Notes: generated by a model not told the origin, from the sequence alone. 64,000 bases of DNA from Alphaproteobacteria bacterium (GCA_965262755.1 OZ253557.1:3296971-3360970); one strand, 5' to 3'; numbered from the stretch's first letter, positions 36,910 through 46,309 are shown. Translations and numbers: made by a program.

Positions 36910-38580
36910 ATGGCGACCCAGGTTCTCGAGCTCACCGGCCTCGGCGGCGAGGGATGGTCCGGGGCGGCGCCGATCGACCCCGCCCTGATCGAGGGTGGGG
37001 GCACTGCCTATCTGCGTTTCATCCGCAGGATCGGCAACAATTTCCAGGTCCGCCTTTCGGCCACCGCCACCGCCGACCCGGAGAACGTCGGGCCCGAGTT
37101 CACCGAGGCATTCGAGACGGCCGACAGCGCTTTTACCTTCACGGCCGGGGGCTCGACACTCGTGCTGAAAGGCCCCGGCAACGCCGACAATAGCTTCGCC
37201 GACGCCAGCGAGCCCTATTTCTGGTCGCCGGACAACGGCGCCGCAATGAGCTCGTGGTTCGCTTCCACGCTCGGCAACTTCACGCTGACCCTTACCGACG
37301 GCCTCCCGGATGTCGCGGTGCACGCGGTGCAGGGCGCGGCGGCCGCCGGCGGGGCGGAGACCCGCGCCAGGATCGACGTCGTGCCGGCGCTGGCGCTTTC
37401 GGACTTCGACGGGCGCGGGCTTGAGTTCGACGTGTTGGCGCTGATCCGCGCCGGCAGCGGCAGCGGCGGCACGATCTATGCCTCGGCGCCGCGTGGCGCC
37501 GTGGGCGCGTTGCTCGACGGCGAGCTCGGCCTCGGCGCGGACGAGGCCGCGATCACCCGGATCAGGCGGCGCAACGGAACGATGCTCGCGATCAACGACA
37601 ACGATCCGCTTTCGCTTGCAGCGTATTTCAGCCCCGGCGGCGCGGGCGCCGATCTCACGCTCTACATTCAGACACAGGACGGCGCCGCCTCGTTTCCCGT
37701 AAGCGATCACGGGCGCGAGGGCGGCAACATGATTCAGTTCGGCCCGCTCCCGGCCGGCCTGTTATCGCTCATCGACGACATTGCCGATGGCGAGCGCTTT
37801 ATCTTCGCGCTGGCACGCCCGGCCCGCACTGTTATCGAGACGCGCGGCGTGGCCGAGGCCGGCGCGCCGCAGGTGCGCGCGCGCGTGCTGCGCGTGACCC
37901 ACGCGATCCGCACGGTGCGGGGCACCGCCGCCGCCGGCGCCACCCACGCAACCGCTTACGTGCGGGCCCTGCCGGTGCGCTCGCTGTATGGCACCGCCGC
38001 CGCCGGCAGCGCGCAAGCCCGCGTCCGGCTCGACATCGCCTACGTCCGCGCGCTCCGGGGCCTCGCCGCCGCCGGCAGGGCGCAGGTCTCCGCCCGGATC
38101 GAGCGGGTACGCCCGGCCGATATCCGCTACCGGCGCGCGTTGCGCGAGGCCGCGCCCGCCGATCGCCTGCTCACCGCGCTTGAGATCAGCCATCCCGCCA
38201 TCGCCCGGCCGGTGCGGGTCATCAACGACACGCAAGGCCGCGCGATCGAGGGCAACGATTATGTCGCGCTCCGCTTCGACGCCAGGCTGGCCGACGATAT
38301 CGCCGGCCAGGCGCCGCAGGCCGAGCTTGCCATCGACAACGTGGGGCGCGCGCTCACGCAATGGATCGAGGCGACAGGCGGTGGCGTCGGCGCCAGCGTG
38401 CGCGTGATGCAGGTGCTCGATATCGACGATCCGCCGGTCGAGTGGGAGGTGACGCTGGACGTGGCCGGCATGGCGGTTGATCAGGAGCGCGTGACCGCGC
38501 GCTTGGGCTTCGACCCGCTGCTCGGCCGCGCCGCCGTGACGTTGCGCCACGATCCGCAGACCTCGCCGGGGCTGTTTTGA
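36910..38580 (+). CDS. minor tail protein with a C-terminal DUF1833/gpL-like domain and a ~415-aa N-terminal extension
   Basis: 556 aa. The C-terminal region (LLTALEISHPAI...YVALRFDARL...WEVTLD) matches the DUF1833 pattern. The N-terminal part contains five G-x-AAAG-type repeats. Confidence 0.6.
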   Translation: MATQVLELTGLGGEGWSGAAPIDPALIEGGGTAYLRFIRRIGNNFQVRLSATATADPENVGPEFTEAFETADSAFTFTAGGSTLVLKGPGNADNSFADASEPYFWSPDNGAAMSSWFASTLGNFTLTLTDGLPDVAVHAVQGAAAAGGAETRARIDVVPALALSDFDGRGLEFDVLALIRAGSGSGGTIYASAPRGAVGALLDGELGLGADEAAITRIRRRNGTMLAINDNDPLSLAAYFSPGGAGADLTLYIQTQDGAASFPVSDHGREGGNMIQFGPLPAGLLSLIDDIADGERFIFALARPARTVIETRGVAEAGAPQVRARVLRVTHAIRTVRGTAAAGATHATAYVRALPVRSLYGTAAAGSAQARVRLDIAYVRALRGLAAAGRAQVSARIERVRPADIRYRRALREAAPADRLLTALEISHPAIARPVRVINDTQGRAIEGNDYVALRFDARLADDIAGQAPQAELAIDNVGRALTQWIEATGGGVGASVRVMQVLDIDDPPVEWEVTLDVAGMAVDQERVTARLGFDPLLGRAAVTLRHDPQTSPGLF

Positions 38581-38686
38581 TGTTCCCTCAACGGCGGGCG
38601 CTCACTCCGTTCGATCGTGCGCTCCGCGCGCGTGGACGCACGACCCTACGCGCTTCGCGCGGCGCGCGGTCGCGCGCTCCGGGCCT

Positions 38687-39112
38687 ATGGCCCGGCGCTG
38701 GATTGGCACCATGACGAGATATCAACATTGGGCCGAGTCCTACATCGGGCGCCTTTACGTCGAGGGCCGGCACGATTGCGCCGACTTCGTGGCGGCGGTC
38801 ATGCGCGAGCACTTCGGCCGCGAGCTCGCGCTCCCGACTCACGGGGCGGGTACGCGCGCGTGGGACCGCCAAATCGCGGCGCTGAAAGGCGTCTACGCCC
38901 GGCGAACCGCGACGCCGCGCGAGGGCGACGGCGTGCTGATGGCGGCCGCCGCCAGGCGGCACAGCCTGGGCCACCATATCGGCATCTGGTGTGCCGTCGC
39001 AGGCGAGCCTTACGTGCTGCATTGCCTCAAGGGCGTGGGCTCGATCCTTCACCCCATCCGCGATCTCGACCGCCGCGCGCTCGTGCTCGAAGGCGTCTAC
39101 CGATGGCGCTGA
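38687..39112 (+). CDS. NlpC/P60-type tail protein (lambda gpK C-terminal-like)
   Basis: 141 aa. Contains GRHDCADFV (catalytic Cys) and a later HHIGIW (His). Confidence 0.7.
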   Translation: MARRWIGTMTRYQHWAESYIGRLYVEGRHDCADFVAAVMREHFGRELALPTHGAGTRAWDRQIAALKGVYARRTATPREGDGVLMAAAARRHSLGHHIGIWCAVAGEPYVLHCLKGVGSILHPIRDLDRRALVLEGVYRWR

Positions 39113-42100
39113 CCCCGCCGCATATCGGGCCGCAGGGCGCCGCCAGGGCGCTTGTCACAACCGATCTCTGGCCCCATGGACTGACCGCCCAAGGGCGCGA
39201 GATGCGCGCCTGCGCGCTTCCGTCGCGCGTTGATGCGCGTGGGCGCGCGATCGGCGCCACCGTCGCCGATCTGATCGAGCAGGAATGGATATCCGCCCTC
39301 AAGCAGCGCAGCGGTAGGGCGGAGATAGCCGTCGCTGTGGACGGCCGCCCTGTGGCCCGCGCGGCGTGGCGCGAGACCCCGCTCAAGGGCGGCGAGATCG
39401 TGACGCTGCGCGCCGCGCTGACCGATGGCGGCGGCGACAAGAATCCGCTGCGCACGATCCTGCAAATCGGCGTGCTCGTCGCCGCCATCGTCGTGCCGCC
39501 CCTGCTCTTCACCGCCACGTGGGCGCAAACGCTCGCCGGCGCCGCCATCACCATTGCCGGCGGCCTCATCGTCAACGCCATCGCCCCGCCGATCCTGCCC
39601 GATACCGCCCGCCCGCGCGCCATCGAGCCCATCTACAGCCTCAGCGGCGGCGCCAACCGCGCGCGCGCCTACGAGCCCTTGCTCCTGGTGTTGGGCGCGC
39701 ACCGCGTCTTTCCCGACCTCGGCGCCGCGGAATACACGGAGATCTCGGGCGACGATCACGTTCTTCATCAGGTCTTCAACTTCGGCCTCGGCGACCTCGC
39801 CGTGGACGATCTCAGGATCGGCACCACCGCCCTCGATTCCTACGAGGAAGTCGAGACCGAGTTCGGCGGCGCCCGGGGCCGCATCGCCCTCGTCGCCGGC
39901 AACGTGGACAGCATCGCCGGCGGGGCCCTCGACGATACGCAATGGCTTGAGCGCACGACCGCCGCCGGCACGCGGCGCATCGGCGTCGATATCACCGGCC
40001 GCCTCTTTCGCATCGACGACGCGGGCGAGATTCAAGCCCACAGTGCCGAGATCGAGATCGAATGGCGGGCGCCGGGCCAGGCCACCCAGCGCCGCACGAT
40101 CACCCTCATGCACGACAGCCAAGCGCCGTTGCGCCGCACCTTCGCCTATGACCTCGCCAGCGCCGGCACGTGGACCGTGCGCGTGCGCCGCACCGCCGAC
40201 CCCGACCCGTCGGACCGCGTGCACGACGACCTCGTCTGGGCGGCACTGCGCGCCTATCAGATCGACACCGGCGACTATAGCGGCCAGACCCGCTTAGGGC
40301 TCCGCATCCGCGCCACCGGCCAGCTTTCCGGCCGCCTCGACCGTCTCTCCGCCATGGTGCGCCAGCGCGTGCCGACGTGGGACGGCGCCCGCTGGACCGC
40401 ACCAGCGGCGACCTCCAATCCGGCTTGGCTGTTCCGCTGGTATGCGCGGGGCCTGCGTATCGCCGGCCGCCTGGTCGCCGGCGTCGGCTTGCCGGATACG
40501 CGCATCGACGAGGACTCGATCAAGGCCTGGGGCGCATGGTGCGAGGGCCAGAGACTCGGCTGCAATCTCGTGCTCGACCGCACCCGCACCCATGCCGAGG
40601 TGCTGACCACGATCGCCCAATGCGGCCGCGCGAGCCCGAGCTGGCAGACCGGCAAGCTCGGCGTCGTTTGGGAGGACGCCGGCCGCCCTGCGACGGCGCT
40701 GGTGACGCCCGGCAACATCGTCGCCGGCTCGTTCGCGGTCGAGTATGCCGCAGGCCAGGCGGCGGACGAGATCGCCGTGCGCTATATCGAGCCCGACCTC
40801 GATTGGCAGTTCAACACGCTCCGCCGCCTCGTGCCAGGCGTGAACGGGCCGCCGGCGGCCACGACCACGATCACGCTCGACGGCGTGACCTCGGCCGAGC
40901 ACGCGGCGATCGCGTGCAATCTGCAAGCCGCGCGCCAACTCTACCACCGCCGACGCCTGAGCTGGGAGATGGCGGCCGAAGGGCTTGCGATCGCGCGCGG
41001 CGACGTGGTGCACATCACCCATTCGCTGATCGACGGCGGCGCCGCCGGCCGGCTTGCCGGCGGCACGGCCGCGCACGTGATCCTTGATCGCGCGGTCGAT
41101 CTCCGCGCGCCTTCCGGCGCGGTCGATCTCCGCGCGCCTTCCGGCGCGACCACCTCCAGCGCCGGCGGCGAGATGCTGTTCCGCCTGCCGGACGGCACGC
41201 TGCATCGATCGGCCATCTCGGCGGCGGGCGGCGCGCAGGGCGAGACCGCCGAGATCGAGCTCGACGATCCGCTCCCCGAGGCGCCGGGGGCGGGCGGCGC
41301 AAGCCCGCTCGATATCCTCTGGCGCCTCTACGATGCGAGCCTGCCGCCGGTGCGCGCGCGCATCACAGCGGTCGAGCCTGCCACCGACCGGCGCGTGCGC
41401 TTTACCGCCATCGATGAGGTGGAGGCCTATTACGCCGCTGCCACCGCCGATCTCTCCGCGCCCTTGCCGGTGCTTTCCGCCCGTGCGCCCCGCGTGCTGG
41501 GCGTGGCCTTCGCCGAGGCCCTGGTGCGCGTCGGCGCCGGCTTTGCGGTCGAGATCGCCGCCGTGCTCACCACGGCCGGCGACTGGCGCGGCGGTATCGT
41601 GCGGGCATCCGTCGACGACGCCCCGCCCCGCATTGTCGCCCGCCTCGTGGACGGCGAGACGGCCGCGCAATGGCTCGCGCCTCCCGCCGGCACCCTCACC
41701 CTGATCGTGACGCCCGGCACCGAGGCCGCGCCCGCCGGCGCGCCGTTCACCGCACGCTATGAGATCGTGGGCTCCCTCGCACCGCCGGCCTGCCGAGCAA
41801 CTTTCTCATCGACATTCTCGGCGACGGCACCCGCCGGCTGCGATGGACCCCGCCGCCCGATACCGACCTCGCCGGCATCCTCATCCGCTACGGCCCCGCC
41901 GCCGGCGCGACGCTCACCTGGGAACAGCTCACGCCCTTGCACCGGGGCCACCTCACCGCGTCGCCGCTTGAGACGGTCGAGCCGCCGGCGGGAACCTGGG
42001 TTTTCGCCGCCCGCGCCATCGATACCGGCGGCAGGCTGTCCACCGGCGACGTGCGCATCGTCGCCGAGATCGGGCCGCAGCGCTTGGGCGATGCCCTGGT

Positions 42101-42776
42101 CTGGAGCTGCCCTGCCGCCGCCGGCTGGCCCGGCACCATCGCCGGCGCCGAGCGCTCCGATGACGGCCGCGACGCCCTGGAAGGCCTGGGCGATTACACG
42201 TGGAACGATCTGACGACGTGGGATGCCTGGCAATCGTGGGCCACCGGCAACGGCAGCGCCGGCCCCGCCGAGATGGTCTTCACCGCCGAGCCCTTCGATT
42301 TCGACTTCGCCCTCGACTTTGCCCTGCGATGGTCGGCCGAGGCCGTGGGCGAGGTGACGTTCGAGTACCGCACCGGCGCGAGCGCCGCCCAGCTCGCCGC
42401 CGCAAGCTGGGCCGAGTACACGCCGCCCGCCACCGTGGGCGGCCGATGGTTGCAACTGCGCTGGCGCATCACCGGCGACGGTACCCAGGCGCTCAGCTTC
42501 GATCACCTGTGCTGGTCGGCGCACGCGCCGGCGGCCGAGCGAAAGCTGCTCGACCGCAACACCGCAGACTGGCAGGGAAGCGCGGCGACCGGGCGCATCG
42601 TGCCGGTGGACCTCGATCTCGTCACCGATCTCGACGTGACCCTGCAATCGGTGGGCGCAGGCTGGTCGTGGACGCTGCTCAACAAGAACAACCCGACGCG
42701 CATCCGCATCTATGACGGCGACGGCAATGCGGCGGACGCCGTGGTCGATGTCATCGTGCGCGGCGTCGTGACATAG
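39103..42776 (+). pseudogene. fused gpI/gpJ-like tail tip / host specificity protein, frameshifted near 41787
   Basis: ATG at 39103 overlaps the K-like stop. It has a TipJ-like body. Frame 1 ends its sensible sequence at ...YEIVGSLAPP. The FN3-like continuation GLPSNFLIDILGDGTRRLRWTPPPDTDLAGILIRY... is in frame 3 and runs to 42776. Confidence 0.7.
41092..41145 (+). repeat. perfect 27-bp in-frame tandem duplication in the J-like gene
   Basis: GCGGTCGATCTCCGCGCGCCTTCCGGC occurs x2, encoding AVDLRAPSG twice. Confidence 0.95.
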
Positions 42777-42785
42777 GAGGCGCGC

Positions 42786-43505
42786 ATGCCCTGGCCGACG
42801 GACGATCTCTCGACATCCGGCGTCGATTCCGGCGCCGACCGCCCGCCCCGCGCGGAGTTCTTCAAGCTCTTTCAGCGCGTGAAAACCATCATCGCCGGGC
42901 GCGGCACGGTGGATGGCGTGGCCTCACTCGACAGCCGCCGCCGCGTGCCGGACGCCGAGCTCGGCCGAGGCGTCGCCGGCGGCGTCGCCTCCCTCGACGG
43001 CTCGGGCAGGGTGCCGAGCGCCCAGCTGCCGTCGCCGCCGGCGCCGCCCCAGGCCGTGCCCCCCGGCACCATCGTCGCCCACGCCGGCACGCGCCCCACC
43101 GGATGGCTGAGCTGCCGAGGCGCCGCCGTAAGCCGCGCCACCTATCCCGCGCTCTTCGCCGTCCTCGGCACCCGTTTCGGCGCCGGCGACGGCTCGACCA
43201 CCTTCAACCTGCCCGATCTCAGGGGCCGCTTCCCCTACGGCGCCAGCGTCGATGCCGACGTGGGCAACACCGGCGGCGCCGAAACCCATACCCTCACCGT
43301 GGACGAGATGCCCTCGCACGCACACATACTCGGCGGCGTGCGCCAGGACGGCGCGGGCGCGGATCGAAACAGGCTCACCGGCACAACCGGCACCGCGTCC
43401 ACGGTGGCCGCCGGCAGCACCTACGGCGTGCGCCACGCCGGCGGCGGCCAGCCCCACAACAATATGCCGCCCTATATCGCCCTCAACTTCTTCATCAAGG
43501 TCTGA
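42786..43505 (+). CDS. phage tail-collar fibre protein
   Basis: 239 aa. The C-terminal GWL.C.G..VSRATYPALFAVLGTRFG.GDGSTTFNLPDLRGRFP motif is the collar-domain signature. Confidence 0.8.
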   Translation: MPWPTDDLSTSGVDSGADRPPRAEFFKLFQRVKTIIAGRGTVDGVASLDSRRRVPDAELGRGVAGGVASLDGSGRVPSAQLPSPPAPPQAVPPGTIVAHAGTRPTGWLSCRGAAVSRATYPALFAVLGTRFGAGDGSTTFNLPDLRGRFPYGASVDADVGNTGGAETHTLTVDEMPSHAHILGGVRQDGAGADRNRLTGTTGTASTVAAGSTYGVRHAGGGQPHNNMPPYIALNFFIKV

Positions 43506-43621
43506 GCGCGGGACGGGGGCTCGCGACCCCTCATTTCGCGCGCACGACCATTGTTCCGCGCGCGAGACCTTTCAGGCTCGCGCGGCCCCTCATTCCGAGC
43601 CGGCCGCCGTCCGTCTCACGG

Positions 43622-43672
43622 AATCCCACTTATCCCACTTAATCCCACTTAATCCCGGCGAATCCCGCTTCC
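43622..43672 (+). repeat. five AATCCC motifs phased at 9-10 bp
   Basis: ATCCC starts at 43623, 43632, 43642, 43652 and 43662, reading AATCCCACTT/ATCCCACTTA/ATCCCACTTA/ATCCCGGCGA/ATCCCGCTTCC. The array lies between the last phage gene and the chromosomal RidA gene. Confidence 0.85.
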
Positions 43673-43715
43673 AAATTAACGTTGTATGTGTCCCGCGCGC
43701 GATCAGGGCGACCGT

Positions 43716-44141
43716 TCAGGCCACGGCGACGGCATCGATCTCGACCTTCCATTCGGGCCGGACGAGACCGGCCACCACGATGGTTGTCGATGCAGCCTTG
43801 TGATCGGCGCCCAAGTGCCGCTGGCGGGCGGCGCCGAGCAGCGGCACATAGTCGGCATCCAGCATGTAGGTGATGGTGCGCACGATGTTGCCGGTCGTCA
43901 TGCCCGCTTCGGCGAGGACGGCCTCGATATTGCGCCAGACGCACTCGATTTGCGCCGCCACGTCGTCGGGCGCGGTGCCGTCCGGGTCGGTACCGACCTG
44001 CCCCGATACGTGCAACAGGCGCGACACGTTGACCGCCTCGACGCCGTGGTCGTAGTGGCCGAACGGCCCCGCGATATCGGCCGGATTGTACGTCTTGAAC
44101 ACGGTGACCTCCTGTCGCTGTTGGGCGAGAGATGCTCGCAT
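43716..44141 (-). CDS. RidA/YjgF/endoribonuclease L-PSP family protein
   Basis: 141 aa. Contains HVSGQVG and a C-terminal VEIDAVA. Confidence 0.75.
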   Translation of the reverse strand: MRASLAQQRQEVTVFKTYNPADIAGPFGHYDHGVEAVNVSRLLHVSGQVGTDPDGTAPDDVAAQIECVWRNIEAVLAEAGMTTGNIVRTITYMLDADYVPLLGAARQRHLGADHKAASTTIVVAGLVRPEWKVEIDAVAVA

Positions 44142-44183
44142 CGTCGATCGCCGAAGCCGTGGCCACCCAACCGGGGCGGGTCG

Positions 44184-44765
44184 CTATGCCGCTGCCCGCG
44201 GCCCCACCGGGCAATGCGCCTCGCGCTCCACCAGGTCGTAGACGAAGAGGAACTTGGCGATTCCGGTGAGCACCGCCGCTACCATGCCAAGCTCGAAGAC
44301 CTCGCCGTCGTCGAAGTGCGCCGAGAGATCGGCGTAGAGGGCGAGCGTGAGCTGCCCCTCCATGTTGGGGAGCACCATCTCGGCCCCGAGCCGCAACACC
44401 GCGCGCTCGCGCTCCGAGAAGACGTCGCTCGCTTCGTCCATGATGGCGTCGAGCTGGGCGTCGGTGACGCCGGCGCGGCGCGCGGCCTCGACGTTCCCCT
44501 TGTTGCAGAAGGCGCAGCCGTGGGTCATCGAAAGCCGATAGCGCAGCAGCTCCTTGATCCTGACCTCGACGCGGCCGCCGTAGAAGACGCCCTCGTAGAA
44601 GCTCTTGAAGTACCACTCGAGCATGTGGGGCGCGTTGGCGCCGATCTCGTAGAACGTCGCGTCGCCGCCCTTGCTCTCCTGCAGCGCGCGACTCTCCTGG
44701 TATGCCGCGCGCAGCCAGCCATCCATGGCGTCCGGCGCGACCCGTTGCAGCAAGGGATTGGGCAC
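44184..44765 (-). CDS. carboxymuconolactone decarboxylase (AhpD-like) family protein
   Basis: GTG start at 44765 preceded by GGAGGAGGAG. Contains the THGCAFC (CxxC) motif. Confidence 0.7.
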   Translation of the reverse strand: MPNPLLQRVAPDAMDGWLRAAYQESRALQESKGGDATFYEIGANAPHMLEWYFKSFYEGVFYGGRVEVRIKELLRYRLSMTHGCAFCNKGNVEAARRAGVTDAQLDAIMDEASDVFSERERAVLRLGAEMVLPNMEGQLTLALYADLSAHFDDGEVFELGMVAAVLTGIAKFLFVYDLVEREAHCPVGPRAAA

Positions 44766-45478
44766 GCTCTCCTCCTCCGATCTATCGATGTGCTCGCACA
44801 GACCATGACACTGGTGAGAAGCCCGGGCCAGTCGTCCGCCTCCTTCAAGGCGGCGATGACCTCGTCCGGCTCCGCGCGCGTGGTGTAGTCCGCGTCGACG
44901 AACGCCTTGATCACTTTGCCGCCCTTGCCGATGACGAAGGTCGCCGGCACCGGCAGCGTCTGGCTTCCTTCGCCGTTGGAGGCCTCCAGGTCGATGCCGA
45001 ACCCCTTGTAGAGGTCGCTGACCGCATCGGGCAGGCGGAAGGTAAGGCCGAACGCGCTCGCTACCCTGTTGCCGTCGTCGCTCAGCACGTCGAAGCCGAT
45101 CTCGTTCTTCTCCTGCGTGGAGAGCGCGTTGTCCGGCGTCTCCGGCGTGATCGCGACCAGGCGCGCGCCGAGCGCCTCGATCTCCGGCAGCCGCTCCTGC
45201 AGCGCCTTGAGCTCGATGTTGCAGTAGGGGCACCAGCCGCCCCGGTAGAAGGAGACGACGGCGGGCCCGTCCCCCCACAGCGCCTCGGAGGCGACCGGCG
45301 CGCCGTGCGCGTTGGGGAGCGAGAAATCCGGCGCCGCGCTGCCTTCGCCCGCGCTCTGCTCGGTGATACCGGAAGCGACCAGCTCTTTCGTCGCCCCCTG
45401 CATCACGGCGAGGGTTTCAGGCGGAAACTTCTCCGCGGCGGCGGCCCGCAGCTTGTCCAGCTCGTCCTTCAGCAACAT
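44525..45478 (-). CDS. peroxiredoxin-like (thioredoxin fold, PRX_like2-type) protein with an anomalous 3' extension
   Basis: Contains FYRGGWCPYCN. The conserved part ends near ...EVIAALKEA (~44820), but no stop occurs until 44525, so the ORF overlaps the CMD gene by ~240 nt in another frame. Confidence 0.65.
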   Translation of the reverse strand: MLLKDELDKLRAAAAEKFPPETLAVMQGATKELVASGITEQSAGEGSAAPDFSLPNAHGAPVASEALWGDGPAVVSFYRGGWCPYCNIELKALQERLPEIEALGARLVAITPETPDNALSTQEKNEIGFDVLSDDGNRVASAFGLTFRLPDAVSDLYKGFGIDLEASNGEGSQTLPVPATFVIGKGGKVIKAFVDADYTTRAEPDEVIAALKEADDWPGLLTSVMVCASTSIDRRRRACPIPCCNGSRRTPWMAGCARHTRRVARCRRARAATRRSTRSAPTRPTCSSGTSRASTRASSTAAASRSGSRSCCAIGFR

Positions 45479-45652
45479 TCGCTCGATCTCCTCGATGGTT
45501 CCTTGGCTGCATCCTATTGGCAGGCTTCCCTTCAAGCAGCAAATTCCTATCGGAGTCCAGGCCTGCGCGGCACGACTGATTGGCTTGGAGCGGCTCGGTC
45601 CAAGGCCTCTCCGGCGGTTGCGTGGGGCGGGTGAGTATGCTACCCATCCGAC

Positions 45653-45688
45653 GCCTTGTCCGGGACGGGCGCCCGCGAGGCTTTTTTT
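45653..45688 (+). terminator. intrinsic-terminator-like hairpin plus T7, orphan on the + strand upstream of atpH
   Basis: GCCT..CGGG-ACGGGCG-CCCG..AGGC is followed by TTTTTTT at 45682-45688. There is no + strand CDS upstream since 43505. Confidence 0.35.
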
Positions 45689-45751
45689 GCGACCGCGCCG
45701 CGGAATCACCGCGAGTGGCGGCGCATCCGGAGCTAGACCTAGGGAGTAGCG

Positions 45752-46309
45752 GTGGCTGGGCAATCGGTCGGCGTAGCCGGTCTCGCGGATCGTTACGCGA
45801 CCGCGCTCTTCGAGCTTGCGCGGGAGCGTGGCGCGATCGAGGAGATCGAGCGCGACCTCGACTCCATCCGCGAACTGGTAGACGGCAGCGACGACCTCAG
45901 GCGTGTGGTCCGCAGCCAGACGCTGTCCCGCGCCGAGCAGGGCAAGGCGCTGGACGCGGTGCTGGAGCGGCTGGGAACCAACCAGTACGTCAGGAATTTC
46001 GTCGCGCTGCTGGCGCGCAACCGGCGGGTCTTCTTGCTGACCGACATGATCGCGGCCTTTCAGGCGAAGCTCGCCGAGCATCGCGGCGAGGTGTCGGCCG
46101 AAGTGACGTCTGCCGTGCCGCTCAAGCCCAATCACCTCGATGCCGTGAGGGACGCGCTCCGTACTATCGTCGGACGCGAAGTGACGCTCGAGTCCCGGGT
46201 CGATCCCTCGTTGATCGGCGGGCTTACGGTGCGCGTCGGCTCGCGCATGCTCGACAACTCGCTTAGGACCAAGTTGCAGAATCTCGAATTGGCGATGAAG
46301 GGGATCTGA
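45752..46309 (+). CDS. atpH: F1 ATP synthase delta (OSCP) subunit
   Basis: 185 aa with a GTG start. Contains [10 protein letters not shown] and [14 protein letters not shown]. Confidence 0.9.
   Translation: MAGQSVGVAGLADRYATALFELARERGAIEEIERDLDSIRELVDGSDDLRRVVRSQTLSRAEQGKALDAVLERLGTNQYVRNFVALLARNRRVFLLTDMIAAFQAKLAEHRGEVSAEVTSAVPLKPNHLDAVRDALRTIVGREVTLESRVDPSLIGGLTVRVGSRMLDNSLRTKLQNLELAMKGI

Larger units (their letters stand above)
29329..43672 (+). mobile_element. 5'-truncated, frame-damaged prophage late region (Mu-like head module plus lambda-like tail-tip module)
   Basis: Colinear gene order: scaffold/protease, capsid, DUF1320, virion morphogenesis, tail tube, chaperone, tape measure, M/L/K/I-J-like and collar-fibre genes. 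No terminase, portal, transposase/integrase or lysis genes are present. Confidence 0.75.

Noticed and set aside
29329-43505. Calling the cluster a gene transfer agent or tailocin.
   Set aside because: A capsid and scaffold are present, so it is not a tailocin. The capsid start, the scaffold and the tip protein all carry frame lesions, and no packaging genes are present. A functional GTA is therefore not supported by this window alone.
42786-43505. A diversity-generating retroelement targeting the fibre or J C-terminus.
   Set aside because: There is no reverse transcriptase ORF. I could not see a template/variable repeat pair with adenine-specific differences.
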